Part shown: piece after piece, positions 33,790 to 42,685 of the stretch | Layout: every line of letters begins with the position of its first letter | Numbering within the stretch: position 1 is the stretch's first letter | From: Eubacteriales bacterium | GTDB lineage: Bacteria > Bacillota > Clostridia > Oscillospirales > CAG-272 | Direction: 5' to 3' | DNA: 43,032 nt | NCBI GenBank assembly: GCA_045602185.1 | Contig: JAZSBB010000024.1 | Location: 1 to 43,032 of the forward strand | Made by a program: the position numbers and the translations under genes | The notes under the pieces: generated by a model | The model's database searches: none | Told to the model about the DNA's origin: nothing | What the model saw: the letters and a program-made list of their open reading frames with translations, nothing else

Positions 33790-36700
33790 TTATTTACTCG
33801 AGGGTTGTTTGGTTGGCGGTTCTTGGTCTGCAGTGAAGGTCGGTAGTCCGAACTCCTCACGCTTACGTGATATTTCCGCATTGATTGCGTCAATGTACTG
33901 AGTAAGCGCATCTACTGCATCAACTCCGTCATTAACGGCGTCAAGGAATGCGAACTGCATATATCTTGCCATAATGTAAGAACCGGGGTAGTTTACTATA
34001 GCTGAAAGGTTAGCCATCTGATTTTTGATAGCGTCTCTTTCACTGGCAGTCCAGGAAAGGTTGTCTATAGCCTTAACGTTCGCTGCCTCGTATTTCGCAG
34101 AGGGACCGATAAGAGCAACCATCTTGTTACCGTAGTCCGCCTGAACGTCTGCGGAGGTCTGCCACTGGAGATAAGTCCACGCAGCCTTGATGTTATCGCA
34201 GCCGTGAAGCATTACCGTTGCGGTTACGTTTGCAAGAGAATTGTAGTTAATTTCCTTTTTACCGGTCTGCTCGTTAATTACGACCTTGCCGGTATCGGGA
34301 TCTATTACCTCAGAGCCGGGAAGCGGGCAGAATTCCCAAAGTCCCGCAATTTCGGTTGCGAATACTACGAGTGTGTTATAAGTACTTGCGTAGTCGCCTA
34401 TTATTATGGGCATTTCACCGGTTCTGAAACGGTTAGACGCATCGTAGCTTACCGGGAATGAATAGTCGCTGTAAAGTCGGCATACGAACTCAAATGATTC
34501 AAGAGCTTCGTCAGAATCAAGGTCTATCTTTGCTCCCGCATAGATGGGGTCGTAAAGCTCCTCATCCTCGTATTTCCACATACTGCCGCCCTTCTGGTAA
34601 ATCATAAAGTCCAGAGCGTGAATGTAGCTGACGCCTATCTGCATATTATTCGACTGCAAGGTAGGAAGAAGCGAAAGAAGCTCACCCCACGTTTCAGGTA
34701 CCGGCTGGTCAAGGTCTGCAAGTACGTCCATTCGATAGAACATCATCGCAAATCCCATCGTCTGAGGAACGCCGTAAACAACGTCTATAAGCTCAAGCGT
34801 ATCGGTTGCCGCTTTTACGTAGCAGTCAGCCTCAACGTTCTCAAAGGTTTGCGACACGAAGACGTCATCTGGAGATGCAGCGTTCTTATAAGCCGTCTCC
34901 GCATCGGTTTCGTCATCGTGATAGTTTCCATTTTTGTCTTTATAAATATAATAGGTAGTTTTGAATATTTCGTTTTGTTTCTCTTCAAGTCCTTTATCTT
35001 TTCCGTTTATACCTATGATTGCGTCACGAATCGCATAGTTGATAACGTCCGCAGCGCCAAGGCCCATATACACGTCAGGGCCCTTACCGGAAAGAATAGA
35101 AGGAAGCAGAGTTGTTGCCGTTACAAGCTTAAGATTTACGCTGTATCCGGTCATATCCGTATATCCGTTATCGGCGTCTATCATAGTACGCCAGATGTTA
35201 GACTGGTCACGTCCTGCCGCAAGCCACACGTCTATGGATACGGTGTTTTCATCGGGTTCTTTCGTAAGTCCCATTGCCTCGTAATCGGTAAAGAACGAAT
35301 ATATGAAGGAGGTAATCTCAAACCACATCGACTTGAAGAAGCCCGCCTTTGCCTCGGGAAGTTCTTCAACGTCCTCTTCGGAAAGTTCAGAAGGGCAAAT
35401 CACGATTGTATCAAGTATGAGAGTACCCTTCTTAGAATCGTTTATCCAGGTACCGAGCGTACCGAGATAGGATTTAAGGTTGGACAAGTTAGCCGCAATA
35501 TTATCGCCCTCGTCCTGACCCATCGTGTTCAAAAGGATCGCTACTGTTTCAAGTGTTGCAAGGTGGGAACCGTTAGTTCCGCAAAGCTCTATAAGCTCTT
35601 CCTTTACGTCCATAAGAATGCCTGCCTGCTCTATGAGACTGATAAGAACCTCGGGCATTATCTTGATAAATCCGTAGTCGCGGTATTCATCGGGAGAAGA
35701 GCCTGTAAGCTGGAGAATTTTGAGGTAATTCTCGTTTACGGTATTCTGAACGCCCTCAACCGTCTCTATGATATCCTTGAGGGAACCGAGTGAGCATTCG
35801 ATGTAAATGGTGTATTCCTTACCTGCCTCGAATGCAAATTCAAATTCAGTACCGTTACTGTCGCTTATGTAGGTTGACTGCCAGTCCTTCGAATAGTCAA
35901 ACTGTGCGTCATATGCTTCAAAAAAAGGAACTACGGGAGTATCTCCGTACTGACCGCCGGAAAGCTTTATCGTACGGCATATATACATACCCTGAAGCTG
36001 CGACTGCAGGTAACGCATAAAGACTTTGTAAAATCCGGTTTTTGAAACCGTGAATTTGTAAGCCGCCCACTGACCGAATGCGCTATAGGAGTTTTCACCT
36101 ATTACGTTGTAAAGCTGCGAATCGGGCGCAGAGGGGAAGGTTGCGGAATTCGAATTGTCGTTGGTCGCATATACCGAGGAGTCGGATACGAGGTCGGGAA
36201 ATTCCGCTTCAAGCTTAATGATGTTTCCTCCGCTGACTGCGGTAAATCCGTCCTTCTTCGCTTGTGCGAGATACTCGTTATACGACTGCACAGAGGTCTC
36301 ATTTTCAACGGCAGGAACAAGCTCTATAGACTTGACTATAACGGGCTCTCTTTCAGCCTCAAGAGAAATCTGATACTCACTGTCGCCAAGAAAATAGAAC
36401 TTGAAATATCCTTGAATGTATCCCGAAGAATCCTGGCAATAATAGGTGCTCCACTGAGGCATCTGTGTAATCTCGGGAAGCATCGAGTTATCGTTGATAT
36501 CCTGAGTGATTACGTACTTGCGCTCGTAAATCTTACCGTCCCTGTACGTCCTTACAATTTTATAATAACCGTCGTCGTTGGGGTCGTAAATAACCTCCTG
36601 ACCGTCAGGCTTATCAGTTTCACCGACAAGCTTCTCCTCTACGTCATTACCGTAATCGTAAGTCCAGGATTTGTCGAAGGTAATATAGCTAGCTTCCTTA

Positions 36701-37239
36701 AAGGGAGAAACGCCGTTGATATAGAGCTTGCGCTCAATACTACTGACGCTGCTGTCCGCCGTAAAGCAGCTGTAATAATCAAACTTGATGTAGTAGTAAC
36801 CCTCGGCGCCGTTGGGAATTTCTACCTTCCAGGTAGTCTTACCCTGCGCAGGAAGATACACGGACGAGTTAGCGTCACTCTCCGAAAATCCGTCCCACGT
36901 TGCGCTGCCGGTCTTGTAATCCTGACACACCAGACTCTCAGAAACCTTTACGGCGTTTCCCGTGCTTTCCTCATGCACTATGTCATCAACCACGTTGATG
37001 AAAAGCGGCTTGTTTTTAGAGGATGCAGGAGAATTGCTGTACTTTGCCAGATACTCAGCGTAGGTTGGTATGCCGACAAGCGCCGTCATTTCCTCCCTTG
37101 TAGAAGCGGTGTCGTTGTTTGATGCGTGATAGTTCTTATCATCAAACACTGCTGCCGCAGCCGTGAGTGAAAGCAAGCCTAAGAGGGTTGTCACAGAAAG
37201 TAACAGACAAAGGGCTTTCTGAAACAATGATTTTTTCAT
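33790..37239 (-). CDS. Giant (1149-aa) extracellular solute-binding protein: ~660-aa N-terminal extension with two CBM-like beta-sandwich modules plus a C-terminal family-1 SBP fold
   Basis: GGAGGA RBS. The signal peptide has no lipobox (…LSLTAAAA). Two segments fit a CBM6/35-like pattern (WKVEIPNGAEGYYYIKFDYYS…ERKLYINGV, and IIKLEAE…YKFTVSKTGFYKVFMRY…RTIKLSG). From about aa 665 (VSIDVWLAAGRDQSNIWRTMID…) it looks like a CUT1 SBP. Confidence 0.7.
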   Translation of the reverse strand: MKKSLFQKALCLLLSVTTLLGLLSLTAAAAVFDDKNYHASNNDTASTREEMTALVGIPTYAEYLAKYSNSPASSKNKPLFINVVDDIVHEESTGNAVKVSESLVCQDYKTGSATWDGFSESDANSSVYLPAQGKTTWKVEIPNGAEGYYYIKFDYYSCFTADSSVSSIERKLYINGVSPFKEASYITFDKSWTYDYGNDVEEKLVGETDKPDGQEVIYDPNDDGYYKIVRTYRDGKIYERKYVITQDINDNSMLPEITQMPQWSTYYCQDSSGYIQGYFKFYFLGDSEYQISLEAEREPVIVKSIELVPAVENETSVQSYNEYLAQAKKDGFTAVSGGNIIKLEAEFPDLVSDSSVYATNDNSNSATFPSAPDSQLYNVIGENSYSAFGQWAAYKFTVSKTGFYKVFMRYLQSQLQGMYICRTIKLSGGQYGDTPVVPFFEAYDAQFDYSKDWQSTYISDSNGTEFEFAFEAGKEYTIYIECSLGSLKDIIETVEGVQNTVNENYLKILQLTGSSPDEYRDYGFIKIMPEVLISLIEQAGILMDVKEELIELCGTNGSHLATLETVAILLNTMGQDEGDNIAANLSNLKSYLGTLGTWINDSKKGTLILDTIVICPSELSEEDVEELPEAKAGFFKSMWFEITSFIYSFFTDYEAMGLTKEPDENTVSIDVWLAAGRDQSNIWRTMIDADNGYTDMTGYSVNLKLVTATTLLPSILSGKGPDVYMGLGAADVINYAIRDAIIGINGKDKGLEEKQNEIFKTTYYIYKDKNGNYHDDETDAETAYKNAASPDDVFVSQTFENVEADCYVKAATDTLELIDVVYGVPQTMGFAMMFYRMDVLADLDQPVPETWGELLSLLPTLQSNNMQIGVSYIHALDFMIYQKGGSMWKYEDEELYDPIYAGAKIDLDSDEALESFEFVCRLYSDYSFPVSYDASNRFRTGEMPIIIGDYASTYNTLVVFATEIAGLWEFCPLPGSEVIDPDTGKVVINEQTGKKEINYNSLANVTATVMLHGCDNIKAAWTYLQWQTSADVQADYGNKMVALIGPSAKYEAANVKAIDNLSWTASERDAIKNQMANLSAIVNYPGSYIMARYMQFAFLDAVNDGVDAVDALTQYIDAINAEISRKREEFGLPTFTADQEPPTKQPSSK

Positions 37240-37308
37240 AAAACGATTTCCTCCAAGAAATACTTTTATTAACGGATAAAATATATATCACGTCTATATG
37301 TATTGGAA

Positions 37309-37337
37309 ATTATAACATAATCTGCAAAAAAAGTCAA
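37309..37337 (-). promoter_or_regulatory. Consensus sigma-70/SigA promoter of the seven-gene operon (TTGACT-17 nt-TATAAT on the minus strand)
   Basis: The reverse complement of 37332-37337 is TTGACT and of 37309-37314 is TATAAT, with a 17-nt spacer. The predicted leader to the ATG at 37239 is about 60 nt. Confidence 0.65.
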
Positions 37338-37669
37338 TAAGAGAAAAGGAGCACAAATAATCAAACTCGCTCAGAATTATCACTGTTTTTTACCGCAAAA
37401 AAATATAAATGTAATCTTTTATTTACATCGATTAATTTTTGAATTGTTTTAAATCGACAAAAGTAATTCAAATTCAACAAAAAACTATTGAAAATTTGGG
37501 TTTTAGGCTCATTTTAACGCATCGAAGTAATTTCAAATTACTATTTGTACACATTTTTGCTTTTTTTCGACATTTAAAATCATTAAAAAACTTTTGTGCA
37601 AATTCAACAAAAAAGCTTTCTTTTTTTCTACGTTTCAATTCCCCTCAAAAAAACAAAACAATAAGCGAA

Positions 37670-37717
37670 AAGGCAGAGACACTATAGAATTATACAGTGT
37701 CTCTGCCTTGGCTTTTT
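37670..37717. terminator. Strong bidirectional terminator downstream of mnmA
   Basis: 14-bp perfect stem AAGGCAGAGACACT (37670-37683) / AGTGTCTCTGCCTT (37696-37709) with a 12-nt loop. GGCTTTTTTCC follows on the plus strand and TTTCGCTTATTGTTTTGTTTTTTT on the minus strand. Confidence 0.85.
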
Positions 37718-37819
37718 TCCTTTTTAATATATTAGATTCGCCCCGAATTTGACCGTTTCGGTCACGGGCATTAGGTTTATCGGATTTCGTTTAGTTTGGG
37801 CTTACCTCCACCAAATAAA

Positions 37820-38851
37820 TCAGTCGATATAGCCTCCAAAGGCCAAAATCTCCCCGTCATAAAAGACTGCAGACTGGCCCGGAGTCAGTGATTTTACCGG
37901 AGCGGAAAGAATTACCCTTGCGCCGCATTTACCGTCAAAAATAACCCTTGCAGGTACCGGCGGAGCCAGATATCTAATTTTCACGAGAAGCTCTGCCTCG
38001 TCCCCTTCCTTTGCCGGCGCCATACCGGTATATACGATATCCGAAACAGTAAAGGAATTAGTTTCCTTTGCCGAAAACGAAAGAATTATCCTATCGTTTT
38101 CGGGATTGATAGAGTTGATAAACGCTCTCTGTCCGAGAGCTATACCAAGCCCCTTTCTCTGCCCTACGGTATAATGAATTATTCCCTTATGCCGTCCCAG
38201 AACCTGCCCGTTTTCGTCCACGAAATCCCCTTCCCTGCTTTTTCCGAAATTGGTTTCAATATACTCACCGTAATTTCCATCGGGAATAAAGCAGATTTCC
38301 TGGCTCTCTCCTCTGTCTGCCGCACCAAGTCCCTCGACCTTGGCTAATTCTCTTATTTCCTTCTTCGTTAGAGATTCCAAGGGAAAGTGAAGGTGTTCTA
38401 TTATTTCTGCGGGGAGCCGCCAAAGCATATAAGTTTGGTCCTTAGTTTCGTCTTTTGAGCGTGAAATAACCCTTCGTTTTCCAAAAGCTCCCTCAAGCTC
38501 AACGATTTTCGCATAATGCCCCGTTGCTATTCCGTCAAATCCCTCTGCCATCGCAAAATCATAAAGGGCTTTGAATTTGACCTCTCGGTTACACACAACG
38601 CAGGGGTTAGGCGTTCTTCCTCTTTGGTACTGCTTTGCAAAATCGGAGACGACCTTTTCCTCAAAAAGCTTTCTCACGTCTATCTCGTGAAGCTTAATAC
38701 CAAGCTCCCTTGCCGTTTCCCTAGCAGAATTTTTGTCGGTATAGTTATGCATAACAAGAACGGCACCCTCAACGGAGTGCCCTTCCTTAATAAGTTTTGA
38801 GGCAGCGTAAGCGCTGTCAAGCCCGCCGCTCATTCCGAGTAAGATTCTCAT
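37820..38851 (-). CDS. mnmA: tRNA 2-thiouridine(34) synthase
   Basis: N-terminal PP-loop GMSGGLDSAYAA. The conserved GRTPNPCVVCN and HYTVGQRKGLG motifs are present. The ATG overlaps the nifU stop (ATGA). Confidence 0.93.
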   Translation of the reverse strand: MRILLGMSGGLDSAYAASKLIKEGHSVEGAVLVMHNYTDKNSARETARELGIKLHEIDVRKLFEEKVVSDFAKQYQRGRTPNPCVVCNREVKFKALYDFAMAEGFDGIATGHYAKIVELEGAFGKRRVISRSKDETKDQTYMLWRLPAEIIEHLHFPLESLTKKEIRELAKVEGLGAADRGESQEICFIPDGNYGEYIETNFGKSREGDFVDENGQVLGRHKGIIHYTVGQRKGLGIALGQRAFINSINPENDRIILSFSAKETNSFTVSDIVYTGMAPAKEGDEAELLVKIRYLAPPVPARVIFDGKCGARVILSAPVKSLTPGQSAVFYDGEILAFGGYID

Positions 38852-39264
38852 TCCTCCTCGTGCGCCTTTTCAATCTCAAAGTCTATTTCTCTGCCTATTT
38901 TCGTGTAATAATCGGCAAGAGCGCTTTTAACAGCTTCCTCTGCCAAAACCGAGCAATGAATCTTTACCGGCGGAAGCCCTTCAAGAGCTTCAACGACAGC
39001 GCTGTTGGTAAGTTTTAATGCCTCGGCAACCGTTTTTCCCTTTATAAGCTCAGTTGCCATGGAGGAGGTTGCGATTGCGGCTCCGCAGCCGAAGGTTTTG
39101 AATTTACAATCGACTATTACGTCTTCTTCGTCAATTTTGAGATACATTTTCATTATATCTCCGCATCTCGCATTTCCTACTATTCCTACTCCGCTTGCAT
39201 CCTCAATCTCACCCACGTTTCTCGGGTTCTTGAAATGGTCCATTACCTTTTCGCTGTAATTCAT
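38848..39264 (-). CDS. nifU: Fe-S cluster assembly scaffold protein (IscU/NifU N-terminal-domain type)
   Basis: The three scaffold Cys contexts are present (GNARCGD, FGCGAAIA, KIHCSVLA). Length is 138 aa. Confidence 0.92.
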   Translation of the reverse strand: MNYSEKVMDHFKNPRNVGEIEDASGVGIVGNARCGDIMKMYLKIDEEDVIVDCKFKTFGCGAAIATSSMATELIKGKTVAEALKLTNSAVVEALEGLPPVKIHCSVLAEEAVKSALADYYTKIGREIDFEIEKAHEEE

Positions 39265-39280
39265 AATTTTTCTTCCTTAA

Positions 39281-40459
39281 TTATCTGTTACTTTTTTCTA
39301 CCTCTTCCCAAAGAGGACTCATATCTCTGAGCTTTTTCACAGTTTCGCTCACCGTTTCAATAATATAGTCTATATCCTCATCGGTGGTATCCCTCGAAAT
39401 AGAAAGTCTAAGAGAGCCGTGAGCCTTCTCGTGAGGAACTCCCATAGCCAAAAGGACGTGAGAGGCCTCAAGCGATGCCGATGAGCAGGCTGAGCCGGTT
39501 GAGGCGCAGATTCCCGAAATATCAAGCCACAAAAGAAGACTCTCTCCTTCAATAAAATCAAAACCGATATTTACGTTACCGGCGAGACGCTCAGTCCTAT
39601 GCCCGTTCAGCCTCGAATACGGGATTTTCGTGAGGCCTTCAATCAGTCTATCCCTCATTTTTGCGACACGGGGTATATCCGACAGTCTTTCTTTGCTAAG
39701 TTCAAGAGCTTTTGCAAGTCCGACTATATACGGCAAATTTTCGGTTCCGCCCCTTTTCCTTTTTTCCTGCCCGCCGCCGTCTATCAGGTTTGAAATCACA
39801 ACGCCCTGCCTTATAAAGAGCATTCCTATGCCCTTGGGAGCGTGAATTTTATGACCCGAAACAGAGAGCATATCGACACCGATTAACGAAAGGTCTATAT
39901 CAATATTTCCGCACGCTTGCACCGCATCGGTGAACATAAGCGCTCCTACGGAATGCGCAATCTCGGCAATTTCTGCTATAGGCTCTATCGTTCCTACCTC
40001 GTTGTTGGCGTACATAACAGACACTAGCGCCGTTTTTTCATTAACCGCCGCCCGAAGCTCGTCAAGATTTACAACTCCGTTTTCGTCAACTCCTATATAG
40101 GTGACCTCAAAACCCTCCTTTTCAAGAGCTGCGCAAGTATTCAGGACTGCGTGATGCTCGATTTTGCTCGTTACGATATGGGTTCTTCCCTTAGTGCGCA
40201 TTCTGTATGCGGCTCCCTTTATCGCCCAGTTGTCAGACTCGGTTCCGCAAGAGGTGAAATATATCTCGGTCGCTTTACAATTAAATACCTTAGCAATTCT
40301 CTCTCTTGCGCTGTCAAGAAGCTCTTTCGCCTCTCTGCCCTTTGAGTGAAGGCTGGACGGATTTCCCCATTCGCTCTCAAAAATCGGAAGCATTTCTTTT
40401 ATAACCTCGGTGTCAACCGGGGTTGTTGCCGCATTATCGGCATACACGAATCTTGCCAT
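39281..40459 (-). CDS. nifS: Cysteine desulfurase (class I, NifS/IscS-type)
   Basis: PLP-lysine motif SGHKIHAPKGIG and catalytic-Cys loop STGSACSS. Length is 392 aa. It lies upstream of nifU and mnmA. Confidence 0.93.
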   Translation of the reverse strand: MARFVYADNAATTPVDTEVIKEMLPIFESEWGNPSSLHSKGREAKELLDSARERIAKVFNCKATEIYFTSCGTESDNWAIKGAAYRMRTKGRTHIVTSKIEHHAVLNTCAALEKEGFEVTYIGVDENGVVNLDELRAAVNEKTALVSVMYANNEVGTIEPIAEIAEIAHSVGALMFTDAVQACGNIDIDLSLIGVDMLSVSGHKIHAPKGIGMLFIRQGVVISNLIDGGGQEKRKRGGTENLPYIVGLAKALELSKERLSDIPRVAKMRDRLIEGLTKIPYSRLNGHRTERLAGNVNIGFDFIEGESLLLWLDISGICASTGSACSSASLEASHVLLAMGVPHEKAHGSLRLSISRDTTDEDIDYIIETVSETVKKLRDMSPLWEEVEKSNR

Positions 40460-40496
40460 TTATTTCTTCCTTTTTCGTTACAAATTCTACCGATAT

Positions 40497-40525
40497 ATTC
40501 TATACCTTTTTTGTCAATATTTCAA
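40497..40525 (-). promoter_or_regulatory. Sigma-70/SigA-type promoter of nifS-nifU-mnmA (TTGAAA-17 nt-TAGAAT on the minus strand)
   Basis: The reverse complement of 40520-40525 is TTGAAA and of 40497-40502 is TAGAAT, with a 17-nt spacer. Confidence 0.5.
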
Positions 40526-40715
40526 TACCTTTACTCTTTATAAATGTTAATTTTTTATGAACTAACCACCGCCGTTACCTATATTCTTTGCATATCGCTC
40601 TTTTTTATTTTAAATTTATTTAAAAATTGTTAGCAGTGCGGAAATTTTATTGTAGTAAAATATACTAGTAAGATGGCGAAATGCCCTCTTGATATAGTTT
40701 CTAAGAGGAAAATTT

Positions 40716-42620
40716 ATGACGAAATTAATATCATTAATTCTTGCTCTTACAGTGCTTTTTTCTTCTGTATTTTTCATATTCTCGTGCGCAGGTCCTACCC
40801 CTCCCGAAAATCCGCCCGTTTCCGATAGCAAGGACGATGAACAAAACGGCGGTGCTGCGGAAGATGGCGACAAGGACGATGGACCGGAATCGGACGAAAC
40901 TGCTATAACCGTTCCTCCGTATAAGGATTACGGCAGAGGAAGCGTGGATTTTGACGATATCGTTTACACCCGCCCCGACTGTGAGGCTATTATTGAAAGC
41001 GTTGCGGCAGTAACCGATTTAATTGAAAAGAACGAAGTCTCCTTCGACAGTCAGCTTAGCGCAGTATCCGAGCTTGAAGAACCGTTCAATCTTTTTCTGA
41101 CTATGTATTCTTACGCAAATATAATGAATTCAAAGGACGCCTCTATTGAGCTTTGGGTTGACGAATTTAAGTATATAAGCGAGAGCTATCCTCTCTTTTC
41201 TCAGAACGTAGAGAAGCTTATGGTTGCTGCCGCAGGCTCGGCACACGCCGAAAAATTTGAGGAAGAATACTTTGGAGAAGGTTTGATTGAGAAATACGCT
41301 GACGGCGGTAAGTACACCGACCGCTTAGTTGCGCTTATGCAGGAGGAAAGCAGACTTGAAAGCGAATATTCCTCCCTCTCCACCGCAAACGTACAAATAA
41401 CCTATAAGACGTTTACCGATGACACCTTCGACAACATTATGCTTTTCTACGAGCAAAATTACGGAACCGACTCCGTTTCTTATAAAACGGCGTACAAGGA
41501 ATGCCTTATGCTTTACGAAAAAAAGGTCGGAGAGATAAGCACGGAGCTGCTCGTTGAGCTATTCAAGGTCAGGCGGCAGATAAGTGACGAGCTGGGATAC
41601 GACAGCTATGCAACGCTTGCTTACGAAGAGATATATCACGACTACAGCGAAGCAGATATGCTTCAATTCATTCTTGACGTAAAGAGTTACGTCATTCCGG
41701 TTTACGTCACGCTCGAATCCTTGATTTTTGAGGATTTTTTCAAATCCTACACGCAAGAAAACGAGCCCACAAGGGTTGAGCTTATAAACGGCACATACTC
41801 AATTCTATCCGAAATTGACCCCGAGGCTCAGGAGATATTTGCTTATATGCTTCAGCACGGGCTATACGATATCGAAAAATCCTCAAATAACAGATTTGAC
41901 GGCTCGTTTGCAACCTACCTTGACAAGTATTCCGCCCCGTATCTTTTCGTCAGCACCGAGGGCTCTGTTGGCGATTATATGACTCTAGGACACGAATTCG
42001 GGCATTTTATGGACAGCTTTTACAACTACGGAGAAAGCACCTCGCTTGACCTGTCGGAAGTTTCAAGTATGGGCTTTGAATGGATAATGCTTGACGCCCT
42101 TAAGAGCGAGATTTCTCAGAACGAATACAAATATCTTGCATATAAAAAGTATCGGTCGGCTATGGAAACCTTTATTTATCAAGGCTTTTACGCCCTTTTT
42201 GAGCATTATGCATATCAGCTTGAGGACGGACATATAAACGAGCATAATCTGACAATGGCGTTAACTAAGGCGGCAAATGATATAGGTCTTAATTCAAGCG
42301 TTATAAATTCGCTTGAAATGGTTATAATTCCGCATATAATGCTTTATCCGTTCTACGTTCAGTCCTACTGCATATCAGAAGCCGTTGCTCTCGATATCAA
42401 TTTTATGGAGGACGGCAAGGACGGCGAGGGATACGCTGCGTACAAGGCTCTTATAGTACGAAAAAAATCCGACCTCACCTTCACCGAATATCTGATAGAT
42501 GCCGGTATTTCAAGTCCGTTTGAGAGGGGATACGTGCGCAAGATGGCAGATGCGATACATTATCATATACTAGGCTCTCACTGCTATCCAGAGAACAGCG
42601 ACTCAAATATTCACGTTTAG
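40716..42620 (+). CDS. M3-family (oligoendopeptidase-F-like) zinc metallopeptidase with a lipoprotein-type signal and an acidic linker
   Basis: AAGAGGA RBS. The N-terminus MTKLISLILALTVLFSSVFFIFSCAG is lipobox-like (IFSC). An Asp/Glu/Gly-rich linker spans aa ~25-60. HEFGH zinc motif (LGHEFGHFMD). The ~570-aa catalytic region has M3B-like length. Confidence 0.75.
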   Translation: MTKLISLILALTVLFSSVFFIFSCAGPTPPENPPVSDSKDDEQNGGAAEDGDKDDGPESDETAITVPPYKDYGRGSVDFDDIVYTRPDCEAIIESVAAVTDLIEKNEVSFDSQLSAVSELEEPFNLFLTMYSYANIMNSKDASIELWVDEFKYISESYPLFSQNVEKLMVAAAGSAHAEKFEEEYFGEGLIEKYADGGKYTDRLVALMQEESRLESEYSSLSTANVQITYKTFTDDTFDNIMLFYEQNYGTDSVSYKTAYKECLMLYEKKVGEISTELLVELFKVRRQISDELGYDSYATLAYEEIYHDYSEADMLQFILDVKSYVIPVYVTLESLIFEDFFKSYTQENEPTRVELINGTYSILSEIDPEAQEIFAYMLQHGLYDIEKSSNNRFDGSFATYLDKYSAPYLFVSTEGSVGDYMTLGHEFGHFMDSFYNYGESTSLDLSEVSSMGFEWIMLDALKSEISQNEYKYLAYKKYRSAMETFIYQGFYALFEHYAYQLEDGHINEHNLTMALTKAANDIGLNSSVINSLEMVIIPHIMLYPFYVQSYCISEAVALDINFMEDGKDGEGYAAYKALIVRKKSDLTFTEYLIDAGISSPFERGYVRKMADAIHYHILGSHCYPENSDSNIHV

Positions 42621-42623
42621 GAA

Positions 42624-42682
42624 CAAAAAAAGAATACCCACTTAAATATCAGCGTCTTACGCAGAGTGGGTGTTCTTTTTTA
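42624..42682. terminator. Bidirectional rho-independent terminator between convergent genes
   Basis: 13-bp stem AAGAATACCCACT (42630-42642) / AGTGGGTGTTCTT (42665-42677) with one G-U pair, an A-run upstream and TTTTTTATTTTT downstream. Confidence 0.8.
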
Positions 42683-42685
42683 TTT

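Noticed and set aside
34618-37122. Long plus-strand ORFs (34618..35793, 391 aa; 36262..37122, 286 aa) antisense to the giant SBP gene
   Set aside because: For the same reasons as above: they have an odd composition, no RBS and no recognisable motifs. The opposite-strand frame has a signal peptide, an RBS and SBP-like sequence.
37439-37687. 82-aa plus-strand ORF in the AT-rich spacer
   Set aside because: It has a TTG start without an RBS. Its Lys/Phe/Leu-rich low-complexity sequence reflects A/T runs. The ORF ends inside the terminator stem. There is no support for it as a real gene.
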